Origin: a bacterium
GTDB lineage: Bacteria > SAR324 > NAC60-12
Reading direction: 5' to 3'
NCBI GenBank assembly: GCA_965205865.1
Contig: CBDBHR010000029.1
Coordinates: forward strand, 384,001 to 448,000
Length of the DNA: 64,000 nucleotides
The notes below the pieces were generated by a model, which did not search any database, had not been told where the DNA came from, and saw nothing but the letters and a program-made list of their open reading frames with translations. Both the position numbers and the translations under genes were made by a program. Shown piece after piece: positions 50,149 to 61,822 of the stretch (the first letter of the stretch is position 1; each line of letters starts with the position of its first letter).

Positions 50149-51561
50149 ATGACACCAAAAGAATTGATTACATTTGTTAAAGAAAACAACGTAGAGTTTA
50201 TTGATTTGCGTTTCATTGACCTTCCGGGAGTGTGGCAGCATTTTTCGATTCCTGCGCATGGCTTGACGGAAGATGTCTTTGAAGAAGGAGCCGGATTTGA
50301 TGGTTCCAGTATTCGTGGATTTCAGGGAATTCAAGAAAGCGACATGTTGCTCTTTCCAGATTCGGAAGGGCATTTCATGGATCCTTTCACCAAGGTATCG
50401 ACCCTGAATGTTATCTGTGACATTGGGGATCCGGTCACCGGGGAACGCTATTCCAAAGATCCACGATATGTCTCCCAAAAGGCGGAAAATTATCTAAAAT
50501 CGACAGGCATTGGAGATACCATTTATTTTGGACCGGAAGCCGAGTTTTTTATTTTCGATGACATTCGTTTTGATCAGACCTATCATCATGGTTTCTACTA
50601 TATCGATTCGGAAGAAGGCTTTTGGAATTCAGGCAAAGAAGAAAATCCGAATCTCGGATATAAACCTCGCTATAAAGAAGGGTATTTCCCCGTTCCCCCG
50701 ATGGACAGTCAGCAGGATATTCGTTCTGAAATGGTGATGGAAATGGAAAAAGCCGGGATTGAAATCGAAGTCCATCACCATGAAGTAGGAACTGCGGGTC
50801 AAGCCGAAATCGATATGCGTTTTGACACGATGACGAAGATGGCGGACAAACTGATCACTTACAAGTATATTGTGAAGAATGTGGCAAAACGTTATGGAAA
50901 AACAGCGACCTTTATGCCTAAACCCATTTTTGAGGACAATGGTTCCGGAATGCATTGTCATCAGAGCATTTGGCAGGACGGTAAAAACACTTTCTTCGGG
51001 CAGGGTTATGCGGGGTTGAGCGACGAAGCCCGCTGGTATATCGGTGGATTGCTGGAACATGCCCCGGCATTGTGCGCGTTTATCAATCCGACCACCAATT
51101 CCTATCGACGGCTGGTTCCCGGTTATGAAGCGCCAATCTATTTGGTTTATTCCCAAAGGAATCGCAGTGCGGCATGCCGGATTCCGATGTATTCTGCAAA
51201 TGAAGTAGCAAAGCGCGTGGAATTCCGTACCCCGGATCCTTCTTGCAATGGCTACTTGGCTTTTGCCGCCATGTTGATGGCCGGTCTGGATGGAATTCAA
51301 AATAAAATCGAGCCACCTGTTCCGATGGATAAAAATATTTACGATTTGAGCCCGGAAGATGCCGGAGATATCCGCGGTGTGCCTGCCAGTTTGGATGAGG
51401 CGCTCGACAATCTGGAAAAAGGTGGAGATTTCTTGCTCAAGGGCGGGGTTTTCACCGAAGATTTGATCGAAAGTTGGCTGGAGTACAAACGGGAAGTAGA
51501 AGTTGATGGCATGCGACTGCGTCCTCATCCTTATGAGTTTGCTTTGTACTTCGATATTTAA
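50149..51561 (+). CDS. glnA: Glutamine synthetase type I
   Basis: [36 protein letters not shown], adenylylation site NIYDL. Confidence 0.97.
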   Translation: MTPKELITFVKENNVEFIDLRFIDLPGVWQHFSIPAHGLTEDVFEEGAGFDGSSIRGFQGIQESDMLLFPDSEGHFMDPFTKVSTLNVICDIGDPVTGERYSKDPRYVSQKAENYLKSTGIGDTIYFGPEAEFFIFDDIRFDQTYHHGFYYIDSEEGFWNSGKEENPNLGYKPRYKEGYFPVPPMDSQQDIRSEMVMEMEKAGIEIEVHHHEVGTAGQAEIDMRFDTMTKMADKLITYKYIVKNVAKRYGKTATFMPKPIFEDNGSGMHCHQSIWQDGKNTFFGQGYAGLSDEARWYIGGLLEHAPALCAFINPTTNSYRRLVPGYEAPIYLVYSQRNRSAACRIPMYSANEVAKRVEFRTPDPSCNGYLAFAAMLMAGLDGIQNKIEPPVPMDKNIYDLSPEDAGDIRGVPASLDEALDNLEKGGDFLLKGGVFTEDLIESWLEYKREVEVDGMRLRPHPYEFALYFDI

Positions 51562-51595
51562 TTTCAAGGGGATCCTATAAAGGTCCCCGGATTCC

Positions 51596-54500
51596 ATGGA
51601 GACGATGTCAGAGTGGATGCAAAGTCTTATTGGACAATGTCAGGCTGATTCCGATTGGAATCAGCCACTTTCCGCTTATCTTCGAAGAAACGGTTTTTCC
51701 GCTTCCGATTCAATCCTACCTCTATTTCAAGAACTTCGCCGCCTTCCGGGATTTTCCGCACGATTCGAAAAAATCCTTCCTCCTTTGCTGTTGTCCGGTG
51801 ATTTAAAAAAAGCTCTAGTCCTGCTTGACGATTTTTGCGTGCTATTTGAAGAGAAAGTCTGCCATCCATTTGATTTCAATCATCCCCATTCGCCGGCACT
51901 TTTGAGTATTTTTGCAACCAGCGAATTCCTCACCCGACACTTACTGAAGTATCCTCGACTCGGCGCGACCGTACTGGAATCACCCTTTCTGCTGCAGTGC
52001 AAGTCGTTGCAGACGATGCTCGCTGAACTGTTGGAACGACTGAATCAATACGACTTTCTGGATAAAACTATTCTGAAAAAAGAGCTTCGTCTTTTCAAAT
52101 ATGAAGAGTTTTTGCGGATCACCATACGGGATTTGGCAGAAATAGCGCCTTTTGTGGAAATATTGGAAGAACTGACCGCAGTAGCAACCTGTTGTGCTCA
52201 AATTGCCCTGGAAGGGGCTCACAAAATCGCTCAGGGGATCATTCCTTTCAAAATCCCGCATGATGCTTCAGAACAGCCAGCACTGTTTCAGCAGTCCGCC
52301 CCTTTCATTGTCTTGGGTCTCGGAAAACTGGGGGGTAATGAATTGAATTATTCCTCCGATATCGATCCGATGTTGATTTGTACTGAAGATCCCAATGAAT
52401 ACGACCATCCACTGACCGCCGATAAAACCTTGATCAAAACCGCTCAGTGTTGGATTGAAATGCTTGGAGAGACAACTGAAGATGGATTTGTGGCACGAAT
52501 TGATATGCGCCTCCGTCCAGGAGGAGAAACCGCTCCTCTCTTCCAGAGTCTGGAAGGAACGGAGTTTTACTATGAAACCCAGGGAACAACCTGGGAACGG
52601 CAAGCCCTGGTCAAAGCCAGACCTGTTGCAGGTAACCTGACGGCTGGCACGATGCTTCTCAAGAATCTCTCTCCGTTCATTTACAGCAAACAGATTGATA
52701 AAAACATGCACAGCGAGATTCGAAAGATCAAGGAGCGGATTGAAAAGGAACACCTCAAAGAGCATTTGAATGTCAAATTGGGGGTGGGTGGTATTCGAGA
52801 AATTGAATTTTTTGTCCAGATTTTCCAACTCCTCTATGGTGGATCACAACCTTTTCTGCGCTTGCAAAATACCTTGAAGACGATCGACCTCTTAGCGCAA
52901 AAAAACTACATCCCTTTTTCGGATGCTAACGCCCTTCGGCATGCTTATATCTACTTACGTAAGTTGGAACATCGACTGCAAATGGTCCAGGAACTCCAAA
53001 CCCATGTCATTCCCGGAGACGTGAGACAGCAACAGATTCTGGCACGGCATATGGGGTATGAGGAAGAAGATATTGAAAGAGCGCGTCGTCATTTTCTCCA
53101 GGATCTCAAAGATGCCATGTTCCGAGTGCGTTCTATTTTCAGCGCTTTGTTTGACCAGGAGTACCTTGAAATAGAAGCCGCAATCCGCAACAACACGCAT
53201 TTTGTTGATATTTCTACAGAGGAGCATGCGCTTTTCGAGAATTCGGCACGTCAATTCGCTGCACTCATCCGCCAATCGGAAAGTGCGCATACCGATGCAT
53301 CTCGTAAAGATACCAACCCGCTTGCCCTTCGTTTTCAGCAGCTGTTCGAACGCATTCAAGCCCGAGTGGATTACTATCAACACTTACTAGAACACCCCGC
53401 TTCCCTGCAACGCTTGTCCCGTATTGCTGAAACCAGTGAATTTCTCTGGAATTATCTGCTTAACCACTTGGAACTGCTCAAACAGTTGGATGCCAGAGAA
53501 ATTCTGCATTCTCGTGTCGATTGGGAAGCACAATTAGCAGCAAAACTGGATGAATGTGAGGGAGAAGAAGATTGCTTGGACGCTTTAAGAGAATTCAAGC
53601 ATGCCATCACTTTTTTAATTGGTAGTGCGGAGTTGGAAGGCATCCAGTTTTATGAGCAAGCACGGCAACGCTTGACCATACTTGCCGAAGTTATCTTGCA
53701 AGCAACCTATCTTATCGTCCGAGAGCAAATGAGCGAACGATTCGGGTTTCCCTATACCTGCAAAGAACCCGCACGTCTGGCAATTATAGGCATGGGAAAA
53801 TTGGGAGGCAGTGAGTTGACATACCATTCGGATTTGGATCTCATTTTTATTTGTTCCGGGGAAGGGACAACATCCGGTCCCAGGCAAATCAGCAATTACG
53901 AATATTATGCTAAATTGATCCAGCGTCTCATCTCAGCACTTTCTTCCTTCACTCGAAATGGATATGCCTATCGAGTGGACACCCGTCTTCGTCCTTCGGG
54001 AAATGACGGACCTTTGGTCAGTACTTTGTCCTACTACGAAACCTATCATCAGACTTCCTTACCTTGGGAACGGCAGGCACTACTCAAAGGAAGGGTTGTT
54101 GCAGGAGACTTGGAGCATGACTGGGTTGTTGCGGTAGAAGAAACAAAAACGAGGGCCATTTTCGGAAACCGTATCCCCAAAGACCTCAAACAACAAATTG
54201 CGCACCTACGCGGACGAAAGGAAAAAGAGGTTTTGCAAGAAACGGAGCACCAGAAAAATATCAAAGAAGGATATGGAGGCATGCTCGATATTGAATACCT
54301 CACTCAATATCTGCAAATGTCTTGTGGAGAAAAAATCCCGGATTTGCAAAACCCCCGTACCTTGGAGGTCTTGAGAAAATTAGAAAAACACCAAATTCTG
54401 GATCACCCCACAAGTGAGACGTTGAGAAAGGCCTATACTTTTTATCGCCTGATGGAAAGCTATCTGCGCTTGCTTTGTGACACTGATACCAACATGCTCG

Positions 54501-54643
54501 ATTTCGATCACTTGCAATCCCGGAAGTTGATTGCGTTTTTGCATCATCATGGCTTCTCCGTTACCAATGTCTATAAAACATACCAAAAAACCAGTCAAAC
54601 CGTCCGCAGCCTTTATTCACAAATCATGAAAGATGGTCCATGA
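51596..54643 (+). CDS. glnE: Glutamine synthetase adenylyltransferase (bifunctional)
   Basis: Two NT domains: LGKLGGNELNYSSDID and MGKLGGSELTYHSDLD; D.RLRP.G; WERQAL. Confidence 0.93.
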   Translation: METMSEWMQSLIGQCQADSDWNQPLSAYLRRNGFSASDSILPLFQELRRLPGFSARFEKILPPLLLSGDLKKALVLLDDFCVLFEEKVCHPFDFNHPHSPALLSIFATSEFLTRHLLKYPRLGATVLESPFLLQCKSLQTMLAELLERLNQYDFLDKTILKKELRLFKYEEFLRITIRDLAEIAPFVEILEELTAVATCCAQIALEGAHKIAQGIIPFKIPHDASEQPALFQQSAPFIVLGLGKLGGNELNYSSDIDPMLICTEDPNEYDHPLTADKTLIKTAQCWIEMLGETTEDGFVARIDMRLRPGGETAPLFQSLEGTEFYYETQGTTWERQALVKARPVAGNLTAGTMLLKNLSPFIYSKQIDKNMHSEIRKIKERIEKEHLKEHLNVKLGVGGIREIEFFVQIFQLLYGGSQPFLRLQNTLKTIDLLAQKNYIPFSDANALRHAYIYLRKLEHRLQMVQELQTHVIPGDVRQQQILARHMGYEEEDIERARRHFLQDLKDAMFRVRSIFSALFDQEYLEIEAAIRNNTHFVDISTEEHALFENSARQFAALIRQSESAHTDASRKDTNPLALRFQQLFERIQARVDYYQHLLEHPASLQRLSRIAETSEFLWNYLLNHLELLKQLDAREILHSRVDWEAQLAAKLDECEGEEDCLDALREFKHAITFLIGSAELEGIQFYEQARQRLTILAEVILQATYLIVREQMSERFGFPYTCKEPARLAIIGMGKLGGSELTYHSDLDLIFICSGEGTTSGPRQISNYEYYAKLIQRLISALSSFTRNGYAYRVDTRLRPSGNDGPLVSTLSYYETYHQTSLPWERQALLKGRVVAGDLEHDWVVAVEETKTRAIFGNRIPKDLKQQIAHLRGRKEKEVLQETEHQKNIKEGYGGMLDIEYLTQYLQMSCGEKIPDLQNPRTLEVLRKLEKHQILDHPTSETLRKAYTFYRLMESYLRLLCDTDTNMLDFDHLQSRKLIAFLHHHGFSVTNVYKTYQKTSQTVRSLYSQIMKDGP

Positions 54644-54762
54644 AATCAGCTTTTATTTGAGCATCGAATGGGCTATACTTTTTATTGGAAAAATCACTAT
54701 TGCCAGGGCGAACATTGCTTTAAAGACCATCGGAATTTCCCTTTACATACCATGAGGAAAAA

Positions 54763-55332
54763 TTGTACGAAACATCGGATATTCGAAAAGGACTAAGAAT
54801 CGAACTGAACGAAAGTCCTTTCCAGATCATAGAATACCAATTTGTCAAACCTGGTAAAGGGAATGCTTTTACCAGAACCAAAGTCCGCAATATGATCACC
54901 GGAGCAGTCTTGGACCGCACTTTTAAAACCGGAGAGAAATTGAAACCGGCTGATACCGAAGACCGGGAAATGCAATATCTCTACAGTGATGAGAGCGATT
55001 TTTTTTTCATGGACAACACTTCCTATGAGCAAATCAGTCTGGAAAAAGAGGTTGTTGGAGACGCGGCGCATTACTTAATTGAAGGCATGCAAGTGACCAT
55101 TGGTTTTTTCAATGGAAGACCAATTGGCCTCAACCTGCCAAATTTTGTCATCCTGGAAGTCGTAGAAACGTCCCCGGGAGAGAAAGGCAATACGGTGACG
55201 GGCGCAAGTAAACCCGCGTCTCTGGTCACCGGTTATTCAGTGAATGTTCCACTTTTTATTAAAACAGGAGAATTGCTGAAAATTGATACGCGTACCGGTG
55301 AATACGTAGAACGAATGAAAGCGTACCAATAA
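54763..55332 (+). CDS. efp: Elongation factor P
   Basis: KPGKG, VPLFI, IDTRTGEY; TTG start with GAGG RBS. Confidence 0.95.
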   Translation: MYETSDIRKGLRIELNESPFQIIEYQFVKPGKGNAFTRTKVRNMITGAVLDRTFKTGEKLKPADTEDREMQYLYSDESDFFFMDNTSYEQISLEKEVVGDAAHYLIEGMQVTIGFFNGRPIGLNLPNFVILEVVETSPGEKGNTVTGASKPASLVTGYSVNVPLFIKTGELLKIDTRTGEYVERMKAYQ

Positions 55333-55338
55333 CAAATC

Positions 55339-56259
55339 ATGAAGCGAAATTTTATCTCCATATTGGATTGGACTTCTGAAGAAATTAAAGCCAATCTGGA
55401 ACTGGCGCAAGAAATGAAAGAGGCGACCCAAGAGGGAAAATGTCCACGATTCCTGGATCAAAAAACCTATGCCATGATTTTTCACAAGGCTTCGTTGCGG
55501 ACTCGGATATCTTTCGAAGTGGGCATTTTTCAACTGGGGGGCAAGACGATTCATCTGACAGCCAATGACTTTGAATTTGGAAAACGTGAGTCGATCCGGG
55601 ATGTTGCGAAGGTCGTTTCCCGCTTTGTGGATGGGATTTTGATCCGCACATTCGACCATCAGCATGTAGTGGAACTCGCCGAGTATGCGGAAGTTCCGGT
55701 GGTCAATATGTTAACCGACTGGGAGCACCCCTGCCAAATCATGGCAGATGTTTTGACAATCCAGGAACATTTGGGCGAGTTGGAAAACTTGAAGGTCGTG
55801 TATTTGGGAGATGGGAACAATGTGACCCATTCTTGGCTTGGTATGGCTGCTCGTTTGCCCTTTCATCTATGTGTCGCAACGGCTCCGGAAACCAAGCCGG
55901 ACATGGAATTGTTTGAGGCAGTGAGAGATTTAGGAATATCCACTGTCTCTCTTTGCCATTCTGCAAAGGAAGCCGTACAGGAGGCCGATGTCTTGTATAC
56001 GGACGTCTGGGCGAGTATGGGACAGAAAGAGCAGTTCGCTTCGAAATCTGCGCAGTTGAAAGATTTTCAAGTGAATCAAGAATTGTTGAGTCACGCAAAG
56101 CTCAATACGCTGGTGATGCATTGTTTGCCAGCAGAACGGGGGCGGGAAATCACAGACGATGTGGTGGATGGTCCGCAATCGGTAGTTTTGGATCAAGCAG
56201 AAAATCGGCTTCATGCGCAAAAAGCAATACTTGCGCAGTTGGCCCGCTGGCAGCACTAA
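55339..56259 (+). CDS. argF: Ornithine carbamoyltransferase
   Basis: SLRTR, HPCQ, DVWASMG, HCLP, QAENR. Confidence 0.92.
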   Translation: MKRNFISILDWTSEEIKANLELAQEMKEATQEGKCPRFLDQKTYAMIFHKASLRTRISFEVGIFQLGGKTIHLTANDFEFGKRESIRDVAKVVSRFVDGILIRTFDHQHVVELAEYAEVPVVNMLTDWEHPCQIMADVLTIQEHLGELENLKVVYLGDGNNVTHSWLGMAARLPFHLCVATAPETKPDMELFEAVRDLGISTVSLCHSAKEAVQEADVLYTDVWASMGQKEQFASKSAQLKDFQVNQELLSHAKLNTLVMHCLPAERGREITDDVVDGPQSVVLDQAENRLHAQKAILAQLARWQH

Positions 56260-56305
56260 ACCTTAAACAACATCCTGATTTGATTCAATGGATGACGGAG
56301 GAGTT

Positions 56306-57598
56306 ATGACAGAATATGCGGTATTGCATCTTCCTGATGGAAAATCGATCGAATTACCCGTGATTGTTGGTTCTGAGAACGAGCATGCGATTGACATCAG
56401 CAAGTTGCGAAGTCAAACAAGTTATATAACAATGGACCCGGGATATGTCAATACGGGTGCATGTGAGAGTTCCATCACCTTTCTCGACGGCGAAAAAGGG
56501 ATCTTGCGTTATCGAGGGATTCCCATTGAACAATTGGCGGAGCACGCTACTTTTATCGAAGTGGCCTATCTATTGATTTACGGTAAATTGCCCAATCAAA
56601 AAGAGTTGCATCAATTTTCTGATGCCCTCAGTAGCCATGCGATGATTCATGAAGAGATGAAACATTTTTTTGAGAGCTTTTCCACCAACGCCCATCCCAT
56701 GGCTATTTTATCAGCAATGGTGGGATCACTTTCCGCATATTACAGCGATACCTCCGGAGAAGCCAACATGGCCCAACTGGATTTGAATACGGCCCGTCTG
56801 ATTTCTAAAATTCGCACCTTGGCTGCTTTTTCCTATAAAAAATCCCTGGGACAACCTTTCATTTACCCTAAAGATACACTTTCTTACTGCGCAAATTTTC
56901 TACGAATGATGTTTGCCGTGCCTGCAGAAGATTATCAGTTGGATGAAGATGTGGTTCATGCGCTCAATCTGCTTCTCATTCTTCATGCCGATCATGAGCA
57001 AAACTGCAGCACCTCTACGGTGCGGGGAGTGGGAAGTAGCCACGCCAATGTCTATGCTTCTGTTGCTGCCGGAATTCTAGCACTCTGGGGCCCCTTGCAC
57101 GGAGGAGCCAACCAACAAGTCATCGAGATGCTGGAGCATATACGCGCGGAAGGAGGAAATACGGAAAAATTTCTCGAAATGGCGAAGGACAAGAATTCCA
57201 GGTTTCGTTTGATGGGATTTGGACACAGGGTTTATAAGAATTATGATCCTCGAGCGAAAGTGATTAAAAGCGCCTGTGATCGGGTATTGAAGAAATTAGG
57301 GGTACAGGATCCTGTTTTGGACATTGCGATAGAATTGGAAGAGCGTGCCCTTTCCGAGGATTATTTCATAGAACGTAAACTTTTCCCCAATGTCGATTTT
57401 TATAGCGGCATCATCTATCGTGCCATAGGTATTCCTACCAACATGTTCACAGTTATGTTTGCCCTCGGACGACTACCTGGTTGGATTGCCCAGTGGAAAG
57501 AGATGATGGAAAACCCCAACCACCGCCTTGCTCGCCCCCGTCAAATCTATACAGGTTCCACAGCCACGGATTATATTCCTATTGAACAGCGTTCTTGA
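56306..57598 (+). CDS. gltA: Citrate synthase
   Basis: LHADHEQN, GPLHGGAN, GFGHRVYK, PNVDFYSG; GGAGG RBS. Confidence 0.96.
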   Translation: MTEYAVLHLPDGKSIELPVIVGSENEHAIDISKLRSQTSYITMDPGYVNTGACESSITFLDGEKGILRYRGIPIEQLAEHATFIEVAYLLIYGKLPNQKELHQFSDALSSHAMIHEEMKHFFESFSTNAHPMAILSAMVGSLSAYYSDTSGEANMAQLDLNTARLISKIRTLAAFSYKKSLGQPFIYPKDTLSYCANFLRMMFAVPAEDYQLDEDVVHALNLLLILHADHEQNCSTSTVRGVGSSHANVYASVAAGILALWGPLHGGANQQVIEMLEHIRAEGGNTEKFLEMAKDKNSRFRLMGFGHRVYKNYDPRAKVIKSACDRVLKKLGVQDPVLDIAIELEERALSEDYFIERKLFPNVDFYSGIIYRAIGIPTNMFTVMFALGRLPGWIAQWKEMMENPNHRLARPRQIYTGSTATDYIPIEQRS

Positions 57599-57621
57599 AA
57601 AGGAGAGATATCAACGCGTCT

Positions 57622-58518
57622 TCAGGATTGTCCGTTTTGGACACGATCTTTTGTCTTGTTTGTGATGAGAGGAGCCAATTGCTCCACGGCCTTTGAGCGG
57701 TTGAGGGCATAAAGATGGATCCCATCCACCCCTTCTTTAAGAAGACCTTCGATTTGTTGCCTGGCAAAATCCAATCCTACCTGATACATCGCCTCGGCGT
57801 CTGTTTCATAACATTGTAATTCGTCAATCAAACGTGTGGGAATAAAACACCGACACATCTTGGCAAAGCGAGTGATTTGCGTTGCCGACAAGGCGGGCAT
57901 CACACCGGCTGCCAAAGGGACAGTCACTCCTCGGGAACGGACTTGATCACGCCATTTGAAAAAAAAATCGTTGTCCAGGAAAAATTGGGTGACGATGAAT
58001 TGAGCTCCTGCTTCAATTTTAAGCAGGAAATGTTCAAAATGCTCGTTCGGATCAGGAGTTTCAGGATGCCCTTCCGGATAACCGGCTGCCCCTATGCCAA
58101 AATCGCCACGTTGCTTCACGGCAGTAATCAATTCGCTGGCATACTCAAAACCATTTTCAGGTTTTTTGAATTGTGTTTCTCCGCGGGGAGGATCCCCCCG
58201 AAGGATCATGAGATTTTCAATGTTTACTTCTGCCAGATGATCGATCACTTCACGAATTTCTTCCCTAGTATGAGAAACACAAGTCAAGTGCGCCATGGCT
58301 TCAACAGCCAATTTACTTTTAATAAAGGATGCCAGCGCGTGCGTATTTTGACGGGTTCCTCCGCCAGCGCCGTAAGTCACGGAAATAAAATCTGGTGAGT
58401 ATTCTTGGAATATCGACAACTTTTCTTGAAGAGAAATCACTCCTTCTATTGTCTTAGGGGGAAAAATTTCGATAGAAAAAACAGGGGCATGGTGATGATA
58501 TAGATCGATGATACGCAT
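57622..58518 (-). CDS. metF: Methylenetetrahydrofolate reductase
   Basis: EIFPPK, SVTYGAGG, AHLTC, LRGDPP, YPEGH, TQFF. Confidence 0.93.
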   Translation of the reverse strand: MRIIDLYHHHAPVFSIEIFPPKTIEGVISLQEKLSIFQEYSPDFISVTYGAGGGTRQNTHALASFIKSKLAVEAMAHLTCVSHTREEIREVIDHLAEVNIENLMILRGDPPRGETQFKKPENGFEYASELITAVKQRGDFGIGAAGYPEGHPETPDPNEHFEHFLLKIEAGAQFIVTQFFLDNDFFFKWRDQVRSRGVTVPLAAGVMPALSATQITRFAKMCRCFIPTRLIDELQCYETDAEAMYQVGLDFARQQIEGLLKEGVDGIHLYALNRSKAVEQLAPLITNKTKDRVQNGQS

Positions 58519-58554
58519 ATTGAATTGGTCAGGGTAAATTAAAAAGCGAACCGT

Positions 58555-60924
58555 CTAGAACAAACCACTGATAGTAAAATTAAATTTGTCGGGAGACTCA
58601 CCCGGATGTTGATCCAGTTTTTGTCCGAATTCGAATCTTAAAACCCCAATGGGAGTAATCAGTCGTATTCCGATTCCTGCGCTGTGACGAAGATCAAAGA
58701 AACCCGGCTCTTTTTTGTCAAGAATGACATACTGCTCCGTTTCAGCATTGACGTTTCCAGCATCATAAAAAACAACGCCCCGGATGTTACTCACCGGATC
58801 ATTCTCCAATGGAAAAACGAGTTCCAGGTTAAATATCCGTCGAAAAATTCCGCCTTCCTGTAATTCGGTAATCTCTTGAGTTAAATCAGGAGGGACCTCT
58901 CCTCTGTCATAGGGACCGGCAATGGCACCAAAATCATGTCCTCGAACTGTACTGATGCCTCCAATGCGATAGCGGTCTTCACGGGGAATTTTCTTGCTTC
59001 CAATTTTTTCCAAGAATCCCAAACGGGTTTGGGCCATTAAGACAAGGGTCCGATTCTTGTTGAACGCCCAAAACTGCCGGTAGCGAAAGTCATATTCACG
59101 GAATTGGGTGTTTCCTCCCAATATCTTTCCACCCGTCTGTACGATCGTGAAGGCGGTATTGATCCCGGCATTGGGGAAAATAGGGTGATTTTGCGTATTG
59201 TATGTAAGGGACGGGGCGATGGATCGCTTGTGAATAGAAGGAGTGTCATGAACAAAGAGTCGGTCGACAGTACTGAAACGGATGGAAAAGCGCAAACGAC
59301 GATAAACAGGATAGCCGACGGATACTGAAAATCCGTTTTCTATCCGGTCATCCTCCGGATTCGAATCACTGGTAATGGATTTCCGGAAAAGCGTGACTGA
59401 AGAAGAAAAATGTGACCCGAAAACCCGCGGTTCAGTGAAGGTCACGCTGAAATCATTTCGTACCCCTTCCTGAGCAAATTTAGCATCGAAGCTCAACTTC
59501 TGTCCTCTCCCAAAGAGATTGATTTTCGAAGCTGAAACCCCTGCGGATAATTTAGACACTTCACTGTATCCCAATTGTGCCTGGAATGTTCCTGTTTGCG
59601 CTTCTTTTAAGGAAACAATAACGTCCAGAATATTGTCTTCCTCCTCCGTGGTCTCTTTTTCCAAAATCAAACCAGGTTCAAAAAATGCCAGCCTTTCCAG
59701 GTTGTCCTGGCTCTCTTTCAATTTTTTCCCGTTATAGAGTTCTCCTTCCTTGACCTCGAATTCCCGACGTATGACAAAATCCCGGGTTTCTACGTTTCCG
59801 GAAAATTCAACACGACCGATATAGGCTTTTTCCTTTTTCTCAATGTGATAGGTAACGTCAACTATGTGTTTTTGGTCATCAAGCCGAGTACGGGGAATCA
59901 CCCGAACAAAGGCATATCCTTGTTCCTGATAGACCTCATTCAATATTGCACGATCCTGATTTTGCAGAAAGGGATTGTAGACACTTCCTTCTTTTAACTC
60001 CAGCAGGGCCAGCAACGCTTCTTTATTCAGGAGGAGATCCCCACTGATATCCACTTTTCCCGTGAAATACTGTTGCCCTTCATTGATATTGAGGAATACC
60101 TCCAAGCGGCTGAATTCAGGATTATGAAAGAGGAGCACTCGGGGTTTGTCAATAAAAACCTTGATGTATCCTTCGGTGAGATAATTTTGCGCAATCAAGG
60201 CCAGATCCTGATTGACACGCTCTTCATTGAAAATACCCGACTCATTGAACCAGGAAAAACAATCGATCTCCGCGCTGGTGATAAAGCGCTTGATATCCAA
60301 TTCCGAAAAGAGTTGGTTGCCTTTCGTGTGGATATTGGTCAAAAAGACTTGGGGGGTTTCTTCAATGACAAAATCCACTCGATATTTTTTTTCGGTAATC
60401 GCTTCTGTATGTGTGGAAACTTTGGTGCGGACGTATCCTTCTTTGCGGTACAGACCCCGGATTATATTCTCATCCTGTTTGATTTTTGCCGGGTCATAAA
60501 TCCCATGATCTTTGGTCTGTATTGCCTCTTTGAGATCTTCTTCGGAAATCAAACGAGCCCCACTGAGTCGAATGGTCTGGATGCGTGGACGTTCCGTCAC
60601 CACAAAGCGCAATAAGAAGCCAGTTTCTTGCTGCTCCGTCTCTACCTGGACATTGCTGAACAATCCCATTTGATAAATGGCTTTGATATCCCGAATGATC
60701 CTTTGCCTGTCAATAGTTTGTCCAATCTGACTTTCAAGCTTGACGAGAATTTGTGAGGCTTCCAATTCGGATGTACCGACCACTTCGATTGCAGTAATAA
60801 CCGATTGTTGCGCCATACTTCGACCGACTACCAGCAATGAAAGAACAACAGTTAAAAGCATGCATAACAATAAAAACCGGAGGCAATTTCTCCAAACAGG
60901 TGATTGAGTCGCGGATAGGCTCAT
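58555..60924 (-). CDS. bamA: Outer membrane protein assembly factor BamA
   Basis: POTRA repeats, TRDFVIRRE, VRGH loop, TPIGVLRF, C-terminal F. Confidence 0.92.
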   Translation of the reverse strand: MSLSATQSPVWRNCLRFLLLCMLLTVVLSLLVVGRSMAQQSVITAIEVVGTSELEASQILVKLESQIGQTIDRQRIIRDIKAIYQMGLFSNVQVETEQQETGFLLRFVVTERPRIQTIRLSGARLISEEDLKEAIQTKDHGIYDPAKIKQDENIIRGLYRKEGYVRTKVSTHTEAITEKKYRVDFVIEETPQVFLTNIHTKGNQLFSELDIKRFITSAEIDCFSWFNESGIFNEERVNQDLALIAQNYLTEGYIKVFIDKPRVLLFHNPEFSRLEVFLNINEGQQYFTGKVDISGDLLLNKEALLALLELKEGSVYNPFLQNQDRAILNEVYQEQGYAFVRVIPRTRLDDQKHIVDVTYHIEKKEKAYIGRVEFSGNVETRDFVIRREFEVKEGELYNGKKLKESQDNLERLAFFEPGLILEKETTEEEDNILDVIVSLKEAQTGTFQAQLGYSEVSKLSAGVSASKINLFGRGQKLSFDAKFAQEGVRNDFSVTFTEPRVFGSHFSSSVTLFRKSITSDSNPEDDRIENGFSVSVGYPVYRRLRFSIRFSTVDRLFVHDTPSIHKRSIAPSLTYNTQNHPIFPNAGINTAFTIVQTGGKILGGNTQFREYDFRYRQFWAFNKNRTLVLMAQTRLGFLEKIGSKKIPREDRYRIGGISTVRGHDFGAIAGPYDRGEVPPDLTQEITELQEGGIFRRIFNLELVFPLENDPVSNIRGVVFYDAGNVNAETEQYVILDKKEPGFFDLRHSAGIGIRLITPIGVLRFEFGQKLDQHPGESPDKFNFTISGLF

Positions 60925-60948
60925 GGCTTTCAGGAATAGATTTTAATT

Positions 60949-61650
60949 TTAAGAAGGAAATCGGATTGGATGCAGCAATCCATCAGCAAGTTCATACTGA
61001 AATTCCATGCTGCTCGCCAATGTCGGATTGTGGGTAATCACGATGAGAGTGATCCCGTATTCTCGGTTCAGGTGGAGCAACAAATCCACAATTTGTTGTC
61101 CCGTCTCCTGATCCAGATTGCCTGTCGGTTCATCAGTCAGTAGAATTTTGGGAGAATTGGAAATAGCGCGGGCAATGGCCACTCGTTGTTGTTCTCCTCC
61201 GGACAACTGAAACGGTTTGTGATTATAACGTCCTTTTAATCCAACTTTCATTAAAAGTTTTTTTGCTTCTTTTTGAGCGAATTCCCGGGGTTTGTGTTTG
61301 ATAAGCAGGGGCATGACGACATTTTCCAACGCTGTGAAATCTTGCAACAAGTGATGGAATTGAAAAACAAATGCCACCTGTTCATTACGAAATCGCGCGA
61401 TTTCTTCACTCGTCATTTTTGACAGTTCTTTTTCTTCAATCCTGATTTCTCCTGAATCTGCTTTATCCAAGCCACCGAGAAGATGCAGAAAGGTGCTTTT
61501 CCCGACACCTGAAGTTCCCATGATAGAAACGGTTGCCGCTTTTGGCGCTTGGAAGGTCAGTCCTTTGAGGATGTGCAAAATCCGGCCTTCTCCGTCATGA
61601 TAACTCTTATGCAAATTTGTCACTTCAATTTGTATGTCTTCCTTGATCAT
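60949..61650 (-). CDS. lolD: Lipoprotein-release ABC ATPase
   Basis: [38 protein letters not shown]; adjacent to bamA. Confidence 0.85.
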   Translation of the reverse strand: MIKEDIQIEVTNLHKSYHDGEGRILHILKGLTFQAPKAATVSIMGTSGVGKSTFLHLLGGLDKADSGEIRIEEKELSKMTSEEIARFRNEQVAFVFQFHHLLQDFTALENVVMPLLIKHKPREFAQKEAKKLLMKVGLKGRYNHKPFQLSGGEQQRVAIARAISNSPKILLTDEPTGNLDQETGQQIVDLLLHLNREYGITLIVITHNPTLASSMEFQYELADGLLHPIRFPS

Positions 61651-61822
61651 AATTTAAAGTGAAAGCGATTTTCTTAATGTCCGGAGCAACCCTTTTTGAA
61701 AGGTAAAAAGACAATTACCGACGACTCAGCCGATCACGTCGTGTCTGCCATACAAGAAAAAACTCCACAAGGCTGACGGTTGATGTTTCAAGTGAATCAC
61801 CTGCATCGGCGTACCGACCCCT

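Noticed and set aside
55480-55506. SLRT motif suggesting acetyl/succinyl-ornithine transcarbamylase
   Set aside because: DVWASMG and HCLPA motifs are those of ordinary OTCase
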